A stretch of DNA of 63,886 nucleotides, the filler included, from Octopus bimaculoides (Eukaryota), in assembly GCF_001194135.2 (NCBI RefSeq). It is 5 parts of 5 records of this genome, joined end to end, with 100 filler letters (N's around TTAATTAATTAA, not from the genome) between each part and the next. Parts side by side here need not be neighbours in the genome. Positions count along the whole stretch, not along the records: positions 49,341 to 60,482 come from NC_069001.1; positions 60,583 to 62,649 come from NW_026354848.1; positions 62,750 to 63,886 come from NC_068994.1; 2 more parts are not named here. One strand, given 5' to 3'. Shown one piece after another: positions 54,495 to 63,886 of this stretch. The notes under the pieces are model-generated. The model did no database searches and was not told the origin of the DNA. It saw nothing but the letters and a program-made list of their open reading frames with translations. A program made the position numbers and the translations under genes. Every line of letters begins with the position of its first letter. The first letter of the stretch is position 1.

Positions 54495-55330
54495 CGAACC
54501 ATCTTTTATTCATAGTGCATCTAGGACTACATTATCGAATCCAATGTATCCGTCCTTGTTGTTGTTGTTGTTGTTCTTTTCGAGCAGACCTATAACCAAA
54601 GATGTTCCAATTCTGACCATCTCGTTTTTTATTCAGACATGGTGTGTGTCAGACTATATTACCTACTCTGTTCTTCGTTATTGTTGCTGTTCTTTAACCA
54701 CAGGTCAGCATTGATCCAACAGACCAATGGCCAAAGTGGTTCCCGCTGTGACCATCCCACTTTTTCATCAGGCATAGTATACCTAGGACTACATCTAATA
54801 TGTCTCTCCTTGTTGTTCATCTCCTGATTCTGCAAGCCTTTGATAAAATATGCTCCAAATGTGACCATCCCATCATTTATTCAGACATAATGCATCTAGA
54901 ACTTCATTGCCTAATGTATCGTTCCTTATTGTTGCTATGTTTTAGCCACCGGCCAGCTCTGATCCAGCTGACCAATGGTCAAAGTTATTCCAGCTGTGAC
55001 CATCCCATCATTTATTCAGGCATAATGTATCTAGGACTACATTATCTAATGTGTTCTTACTTGTTGTCTAGCTGCAGGTCACTCCTCATCCAGCAGATCT
55101 ATAATAAAATGGTGGTCCAGCTGAGACCACCTCATCTTTTATTCAGCCACAGTGTATCTAGGACTACATTATTGAATGTGTCCATCCTTATTGATGCTGT
55201 TTAGCCCAGGTCAGTCTTTATTCAGCAAGCTTTTGATAAAAAGATGATTCCAGTTGTGGCCATCCCATCTTTTAATTCAGGCCAAGGATTATCTAATGTA
55301 CACTTGTTGTCGTTTAGCCCCAGGTCAGTA
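54495..55330. repeat. About 7 diverged tandem units of 115-135 bp (GTGACCATCCCATC...ATTCAG...CTAGGACTACATTATC)
   Basis: Recurrent motif at about 54500, 54616, 54749, 54861, 54996, 55122 and 55256; related single copies at about 42400-42640 and 45700. Confidence 0.75.
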
Positions 55331-55819
55331 ATTCTTCTAAGTGCTCACACGTTCAGAAAGCTATATTCAGCCTCTACAACTCGCATACTTTACTCTCCAC
55401 CCGTTTTAACACCCCGAATCCTACGCTTGTTTTCCGCACCAATCGTTCTAGCAGCCACGGCCAACACATTCTACCTCCCCACCCACACTTCAAATCCCAT
55501 GATATGTTCCCCCCAAACCACATTCAGCATTCCCCCACATGAAAACACTTCTATCCTCTCACACATGCCACATGTTTATAATCCTACATCAATCCATTCA
55601 TTATTCATGTTAACACCACACTAAATACAAAATATTTAACAATTACCATCAACCCGTTCACACTTCACCATTTTTAAATGGCTTTATATTAAGCCATTTC
55701 ACTTGTTATTTATAGACATGCACCTATATTTATTTATATACGCACGTCTATACTTATTATATACATGTATATATACATAGAGAGAGAGAGAGAGAGAGAG
55801 AGTTATATATATATATATA

Positions 55820-55975
55820 CAGGAGTAGCTGTGTGGTAAGAAGCTTGCTTCCCAGCCACTTGGTTCCGGGTTCAGTCCCACTGCGTGGCACCTCGGGCAA
55901 GTGTCTTCTACTATAGCCTCGGGTCGACCACAGCTTTATGAGTGGATGTGGTAGACAGAAACTGAAAGAAGTATG
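55820..55975 (+). mobile_element. SINE family C copy (related copies at 5935, 9640, 57103 and 57585 minus)
   Basis: GGAGTRGCTGTGTGGTAAG...GGTTCAGTCCCACTGCGTGGCACC...GTAGACRGAAACTGAAAGAAG shared among copies. Confidence 0.8.
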
Positions 55976-56009
<34 letters not shown>

Positions 56010-56352
56010 NNNNNNNNNNNNNNNNNNNNNNNNNNNNNNNNNNNNNNNNNNNNNNNNNNNNNNNNNNNNNNNNNNNNNNNNNNNNNNNNNNNNNNNNNNN
56101 NNNNNNNNNNNNNNNNNNNNNNNNNNNNNNNNNNNNNNNNNNNNNNNNNNNNNNNNNNNNNNNNNNNNNNNNNNNNNNNNNNNNNNNNNNNNNNNNNNNN
56201 NNNNNNNNNNNNNNNNNNNNNNNNNNNNNNNNNNNNNNNNNNNNNNNNNNNNNNNNNNNNNNNNNNNNNNNNNNNNNNNNNNNNNNNNNNNNNNNNNNNN
56301 NNNNNNNNNNNNNNNNNNNNNNNNNNNNTATATATACATATATATATATATC

Positions 56353-56391
<39 letters not shown>

Positions 56392-57019
56392 ATATATTTA
56401 TATATGTATACAGACATATATCTATATTTATATACACAATCTATATTCATATATACACATATATAAGCACACCTATATTTATATATGCATGCATTTACAT
56501 ATGTATTCATATACACACATCTATTTTTATTTATATACACTCACGTCTATCCATCCATATATATATTTAATTACTTTCACATGGTTTGATATTTCTCAAA
56601 TATTTACATTGTAAACATTTCATGTAAACTTCAGATTGTCTTCAATGACAATCAACGTCATTTTTGTCCAATTAATTAATGAGTCTATAAATTAAAGACT
56701 CTATTCTTCAAATTTCAAATTCTAACCAATCGCCAACCATTTCTCCAATATCTCCAAGACAATTCTTAAGAACTTGCTAAATGTTTTTTCTTCTTTTTAC
56801 GCTTCACTGATTATCCAACCATGCATACAAAAATTCTTAAACAATTGTTACGCAATTTTCCATTCTCTATTATTAATTCTTTGAGTGATTTCCACGCTTT
56901 CTTTATTAACACCTGTTCCGTTCATACCCTCTGTCTATATCGAAATAATGGTCAAACACCGAAAAGATGACAGATTTAAACAGCTCCCTAACCGAACATA
57001 CGATTAAATTTAAAGAGCT

Positions 57020-57091
57020 CCCTTTGTTGTGTAGTGGGAAGTATCCCCGCCTGTTATGCGGGAGACCGGGGTTCCATTCCCCGCTGAGAAA
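57020..57091 (+). pseudogene. tRNA-Asp(GTC)-derived pseudogene, anticodon now GTT
   Basis: TAGTGG..AGTATCCCCGCCTGTTATGCGGGAGACCGGGGTTCCATTCCCCG matches the eukaryotic tRNA-Asp core. The acceptor stem is broken. TTTT follows at about 57099. Confidence 0.75.
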
Positions 57092-58324
57092 GCTTACATT
57101 TTAGGCGCAGGCGTGACTGTGTAGTAAGAAGTTTGTTTCCCAACCACATGATTCCGGGTTCAGACTCACTGCGTGGTACCTTAAGCAAATAACTTCTACC
57201 ATAGCTTCGGACTGACCAAAGCCTTGTCAGTGGATTTGGTAGACGCCAAAAGAAAGAAACCGCGCGCGCGCGTGTGTATGTGTGTATATATATGTGTGTG
57301 TATATGTATATATATGTGTGTGTATATGTATAAAATTATATATGCATTTACATCTTAGCTGCTTTCTCGTATACGAGCGAAGCCATTGCTAGAAAGAATC
57401 ACAGAAATGAGTCATTGTCGATGAGTCAATGTGCGGCCCTTGTATGACTCATGAGCTCGGCCATTCTGGCTGGCAGAAAGAACAGGTTAGGTCGCGCTCT
57501 AGTGCCATTGGTTGCTCTTGGGCGTTACTGGTAACATGTAGCTCAGCACTACCTGTTGCATGGTTGGGTCGTCGGCGATCCGACCTATAGTAGAAGACTT
57601 TTGCTCAAGGTCTCACGCAGTGGGACTGAACCTGGAACCATGTGGTTGAGAAGCAAGCATCTTACAACACAGCCACGACTGCGCCTATATATACGGTCCG
57701 CAGTTCTTTCGTTCTGGTGGTGGTGGTTAGCGTATCATGTGCGTCTACGACGATGAAATACTGAGGAGGATAAATTTGCGAAATGGTGAGCGGCTTTCTA
57801 AGTCGTGGAGAAAAAGTGGTTGTTATGTTTAGCTTTGAAGGATGAATAACACGCACACACATATCTAGTCATATACACACGCACGCACACATACACACCT
57901 ACATACACATTACTTAAAGTTTCGGGGGGGGGGGCGCAGATAATTTTCACGTGCGCGTAATACACAAACATACATATATATACATATATATATGTATGCG
58001 TGTACGTCTATACACACATACATGTATGGCTATATGTATATATGTCTGTGTGTACGCACACAGACACACAGATAAATCGACACACACACACCTTTATATG
58101 TCTATCCATCAATCTGTTTGATGTGTGTTGATGAAAGTATCGTCTCCTTCATCAAGAACAAAGTGAAAACAAGTGTCGGAAACGCGCACACACACAACAC
58201 GCAAACTTACATATTCATACACATACATACACACACATATATTATCATATATATATATATATATATATACATATAATATTTATATACATCTTCATACATA
58301 CATACATACATACATACATATAAG

Positions 58325-58358
<34 letters not shown>

Positions 58359-58736
58359 CATACATGCATATGTCTTTCTCTGTATAGCAAAATATATAGA
58401 AGAAAGAAAGAGAGAGGGTGAGAGAGAAGTTAAGGAATGAAAGGGTGTCGTCGGTGTCAGCGTCGGCGGTAGTGACGGTAGAGGCAGCGTTGGAGGCGGC
58501 GGTGTTGGTGGTGGTGAAAGGCAACCGAGAAAATGGAAGACATCGTCCAACGCAATGTAAAAGGTGAAGACACGACTTGACAGGATTAATAAAAACTGGC
58601 CACTGTCGTAGCAATAATGTCGTAAATATGAGGTATAATTACTTGGACGTCTAACCAACACCTCTCTCTCTCTCTCACACACACACGTGTGTGGTTGTGG
58701 ATAATATGTATATGCGCGCGTGTGTGTCTGTGTATA

Positions 58737-58782
<46 letters not shown>

Positions 58783-60009
58783 TACACACGCATGCATATA
58801 AATTTCTATATTTATCTTTATGCATATATATATATATATATATATATATGCATACATATGCCTACATATGTATATATGTTTGTTTAAAAGTGTGTACCAC
58901 GTCTATCTTTGCAATATGACTATGTATTAATATATTTGTATGAATATCATTTATATGTACGTATATATAATATATATGTACATACATGCATATATATATA
59001 TATATATATTACGTATTACACATACATAGATAAATATACATACATATACATACACATGTATGTGTGTGTCCATATAGTATAATGTACAGTCATATATGTT
59101 TACATACACACACATTCACCCAAATACATACATATAGATACCACACCCGTTTATGCACATATATTTAATTATATGTGTACGTGTGTTTGTGTGTGCGCGT
59201 GTGTGTGTGTGTGAGTGTACATATGCACATATCTACATTGGGAGATTAAAGATAAGAACACACACACATACATATATCGATAGAGAGAAGAGGAGGAGGA
59301 GATGTTTCTCATGCACATCCTCTTAGGACTTTCTTCTGTCTGCAAATCCGACCAAGTTTTCATTAGGAATCGATTTTAATGTCTCAATCCTCGATACGAT
59401 CTTAATTCTATCGACTAAGCATATTTTTTCCGTGATGATTTTGCGTTTTTCCGCCACGCAAAGTGGGTACTTTTCAGGTCAATTTACATTAGGATTGGCA
59501 GCATATATTAATCCCTGCTAATATTTATATTGACATAATTTCTGTTTAGTTTCTATATGTGCTGTGAGAAACATGCTGCACTCTTTCTATATATTGTGAA
59601 CATATGCAGTGTATCTTTGTTTAAATGTTCCCCTTGTTATTCCAATGTAACTTTTAATCTGACCTCCTTCTTTCTGCACACTGACCTTGTGATCACTTAT
59701 TTATCTATTTATCTATTCATTTTCTTCAAAGCACTTAATATTTTAAATTCCCACATGCTTGTCATCTGTCATAGATGCGAGTATTTCAGGAAAAGGGGTC
59801 CCTAACATTTTGAGTAGACATATTTTGGATGCCATACTTTTGATTATGTCTGCAGATGTGGCAAGTCAAATACATTGACCCCCACCCACAGTATTTGACT
59901 GGTACTTCATATAGTCGACCCCGATAGGATGAAAGGCATAGTTATCACTCTGTATATGTGTCTGTGTGTGTGCGCGTATGTGTGTGGGTATGTGTGTACC
60001 TACCTACAT

Positions 60010-60440
60010 AGAGCAAATATGTACTTTTCCTAAAAGCCAGCTGTCCTGCTGATGTGAATAACCCTTTGAAAATCAATGAGAAAGACGATAAATGTGGACA
60101 CACGTAATTTGAAACCCCAACTTATATATCCTGATTTATAAACTCACATTTATACATATAATAATAATTGGAGCGCCTGGTTTTGTAAGCAAATGCCTAA
60201 GAGACAATCTGGATAAGTTGGGGTTTTTACAAAAAGAAATCAACCATCTAAACTAACTTGCACATTATAAGTACAGCCTGTAAGGGGAACAATAAAAATA
60301 TGCAAGACATTTTTCAAGTTTCAAATGTGATATTGTTTTCTGTTATCTCCATTCCAAAGATAGAGCTTTGTATCTTTGTTAGAAATTAGCTCCTTCCTTC
60401 CTCAGAGGAAGAATTCAAATAATTAAAAGCAGAAAACGCA
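60010..60440 (+). mobile_element. Degenerate R4/Dong-like 3' end
   Basis: SCPADVN...IIIGAPGFVSKCL...LDKLGF; similar to the 4335 copy. Confidence 0.65.
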
Positions 60441-60582
60441 CATATATACATTATATATATACATGCATACATACATAATTACNNNNNNNNNNNNNNNNNN
60501 NNNNNNNNNNNNNNNNNNNNNNNNNNTTAATTAATTAANNNNNNNNNNNNNNNNNNNNNNNNNNNNNNNNNNNNNNNNNNNN

Positions 60583-60740
60583 GTTTACGTCCCCATAACT
60601 TAGCAGTTCAGCAAAAGAGACCAATAGAATAATTACTAGGCTTACAACGAATAATACCTGGGGTCGATTTGCTCAACTAAAGGCGGTGCTCCAGCATGGC
60701 CACAGTCAAATGACTGAAACAATTAAAAGAGTAAAAGAGT
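60583..60740 (+). mobile_element. SINE 3' body sharing its tail with the CR1-like LINE (related minus copies at about 9292-9400 and 17912-17952)
   Basis: GGCGGTGCTCCAGCATGGCCACAG tail, also found at 21207 and 41815. Confidence 0.65.
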
Positions 60741-60794
60741 ATATACATGTTTATATGTATGTGTGTGTGTGTGCATGTGTGAATGTATGTATGT

Positions 60795-61368
60795 ATGCAT
60801 GTATGTATATGTGTAGATTTGTGTTTTGTTTTCTGTATGTATTCTCATGCATATAGTTGCATATCTAGACAGGCTAGAATTTGAACTCAGAACGTAAAGA
60901 CAGACGAAATACCGCTAAGCATTTTGCCTGGCGTGCTAACGTTTCTGCAAGCTCACCACCTTAGTAACACCCCAATAATTACTGGTATAAACCTGAACTT
61001 GTAATCTGGATAAGTAACTGCAGATTTCTCAATAGTTCAGCGTAGGTATTCTCTTTTTCCCTGATCTCCAGCTTTATGTTAACATCCGCTGGGCAGCAAA
61101 TTTCCACAACTGTGCACAGTTTCTTTTCTCAATCCCAAATCATTATATCAGGTCTGTTGTGCTTACATTTTATTGAGGCCTTCACTTGGACATTCCACCA
61201 GTACTCTTTTTATTATGGGTGGCTATTGTTTCTACCATACTGTGGGTTCTTATTTCTTTGTCCTCGGGGTTATCCTTTCGACAGATTTCATTATAGAGTG
61301 TCCTAGCTGCAGCATCATGTCTCGTTGACAAATGAGACCATGATGACATTTTCAGACAACTGCCTGAT
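60795..61368 (-). mobile_element. R4/Dong-like fragment (end of CCHC region plus RLE), interrupted by a SINE piece
   Basis: ISGCLKMSSWSHLSTRHDAAARTLYNEIC, then YWWN, RPDII, CCPADVN. (TATG)n at 61369 and about 60785. Confidence 0.75.
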
Positions 61369-61399
61369 ATGTATGTATGTATGTTTTCCATATAAAACA

Positions 61400-61790
61400 T
61401 GCAGAAATTGTGAATGGAAGGAGACTCTCGTAGAAACCAAGGCTGCAATTTAAGGACTGTATCAAGTCCTCAGGACACTGACTGGGAGAACAATGCCTGT
61501 CATCGCCACAGATGGAGGAAGCAGGTTAAGGAGGGGATCCACACATTTGAGAGAGCATGTATCCAGCTTGAAGAATTTAAGTGAGCTGCGTGAAAGCACA
61601 CAGCTCGTATAGTGAATGGGGAAAGCTTAATCTGCAATGTTTGCAGTCGTGTATGTTTGTCAAGGGCAGGGCTCATTAGCCACCAATGGAGCTGCAAATG
61701 CAAAATATAAGTTAGTCCTAGAGCACACAATGTTCCCGAAGGTCGGCAATGGTCTTCCTTGGTCATGAGTGGACGGCCATCACCATCATG
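61400..61790 (+). mobile_element. RTE-clade LINE 3' end with C2H2-like finger remnant
   Basis: DWENNACHRHRWRKQVKEGIHTFE...ICNVCSRVCLSRAGLISHQ. Confidence 0.7.
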
Positions 61791-61816
61791 TATGTATGTA
61801 TGTATGTATGTATGTA

Positions 61817-61847
<31 letters not shown>

Positions 61848-61881
61848 ATGTATGTATGTATGNNNNNNNNNNATGTATGTA

Positions 61882-61912
<31 letters not shown>

Positions 61913-61915
61913 ATG

Positions 61916-61946
<31 letters not shown>

Positions 61947-62921
61947 GTAAGCAGGTATGTACATGATACTCGAATTCTAGTCCATGTATATAATATACTT
62001 AATTCTCTATCATGTATTCATGTTTTACATGAGTTTCCCTATAATATTAATAACATTGACATAAGAATGTAAATGTAGTTGTGTGTTAACAAATGTTGGC
62101 ATTAGTTAATGTTACATACACACACACACGTGGACATGCATACATGCACATACAAATACATATTCACACACGCATAGAGACACAGACACAAATAGATACA
62201 TACACACACTCAAACACACCCACATGCAGACATATACACACACACAAGCATGCACACAGATTTACCAAGTAATATTGCATTGGTAAATGTCTGCTACATA
62301 ATTTAATTTTACTTTCAATATATTCAATTTGAAAATAGATATTGTATGATTAACTCATACTAACAAGATGTAAATAAAAATACATTCACACATATCACCT
62401 AAGGACACACACACATACACACACCCATGCATATGTGTGTCTGTGTGTGTGTAGATACATATATAAAAAAAAAATATCTGCATGAATGTGTCTATGTATG
62501 TATATATACATACACACACAGACGTACATACACATGTTTGTATAAAACACAGATACACAGATATAAGCATATATAAATATAAATATGTGTGCGTTATTCC
62601 TTTATTGCCTACAAGGGGCTACACACAGAGGGGACAAACAAGGACAGACNNNNNNNNNNNNNNNNNNNNNNNNNNNNNNNNNNNNNNNNNNNNTTAATTA
62701 ATTAANNNNNNNNNNNNNNNNNNNNNNNNNNNNNNNNNNNNNNNNNNNNGTCCTCATGGAGAAAGAGGGCCGTTCCTAGGATATTGTCCTCATGGAGAAA
62801 GAGGGCTGGTCCAAAGGGCTTAAGTGGCTTCTGTCAAAATCAGTCATGGGTTGATGGCGGGGGTTAAGCCAAGTGACAGATCCTTACTTAATTACACTTG
62901 GACAAATTATTAATCACTTGT

Positions 62922-62960
<39 letters not shown>

Positions 62961-63837
62961 ATTGATTGATGAACAAAAAGATTATCAGACTGGACTGGAA
63001 AAGGTATAACACTGCAAACCCATGACATAAAGCTCACAATGATGATGGTGGTGATGATGATGACGGAGAGGAGAAGTAGTAGGAGGATGATGATGATGAC
63101 GATGATGATGATAATGAAGGGTGGTGGTAGCAAGAATGGCAAAGATGATATTGGTGGTGGTTGGCAATTATGATGGTGATGATGATGATGATGATGGTGA
63201 TGAGGCAGAAGAGGATGATGATGGTAGTGGTGGTGGTGATAATGTCAAGACACTGATGACAAAAGTGGTGGTAATGATGATGATTATGATGATGATGACT
63301 GGTGATGATGATTGAGATGACATGGTAATAATCATGAAGATGGTGGTGGCGGTGGAGGTGGTAATGATGAAACAGTGGTAACGGCAGTCAAGATGATGAT
63401 GATGATGATGGTGGTAGTGGTAAGATAATGATCGTAGCAGTGATGAGATAGTACTGATGATGATGACGATGATGCTGAGTATGACGACGATGATGCTGAC
63501 GCTGACGGTCTATTTTAAAATGCGGATGGTGAATATATTCGGTTAGACACGATACAGAAAGGATTGCAATATCGAGCGATTGTGGTATACTCCAACGTAC
63601 GGATAAATTAGATATTTCAATTAGGACTGTAGGGCATTATAGATTTTTAATTAGTCCAAGAGATAATAATTATTGGGGAGTGATATAGATATTTAATTAC
63701 CACCGATTTATAACGAACGGCTGTACGTTGTTACGGTATAGTCAGGGAAAGATGTAGAGACATTAAATTCGATAACGAAGTGGGTAATGAGTAGTATGCG
63801 GAGTTGTTCGAGAACATATATATATACATATTATATA

Positions 63838-63886
<49 letters not shown>

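Noticed and set aside
59281-59363. Minus-strand ORF MKTWSDLQTEESPKRMCMR as the RASEF start
   Set aside because: No similarity to RASEF, no clear donor; runs into a microsatellite.

Overview
Eukaryotic, AT-rich, microsatellite- and gap-laden genomic DNA. The repeat content and style suggest a coleoid cephalopod, most likely Octopus (inference). The dominant feature is the 3' part of a minus-strand RASEF/Rab45 gene: 12 coding exons from 48371 to 20524 with canonical GT-AG sites and fully consistent phases, giving 447 aa from the end of the coiled coil through the whole Rab GTPase domain to a CCKT* prenylation motif. No 5' EF-hand exons were found in the window. At 788-1390 a single coding exon on the plus strand encodes a 200-aa secreted, Cys-free His/Gly-rich protein resembling cephalopod structural proteins. 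A second, unidentified plus-strand spliced gene may lie at about 13230-14758. The rest is dense TE sequence: several tRNA-derived SINE families; R4/Dong-like, RTE and CR1 LINE fragments; a deleted mariner; and Tc1/mariner-, piggyBac- and Merlin-like MITEs. There is also a tRNA-Asp pseudogene and several minisatellites. The most notable patterns are R4-like retrotransposon copies repeatedly embedded in (CATA)n tracts, inverted SINE pairs bracketing RASEF exon pairs, and several long intronic fold-backs. No CRISPR array or prokaryotic system is present. All calls come from reading the sequence; no database searches were run.
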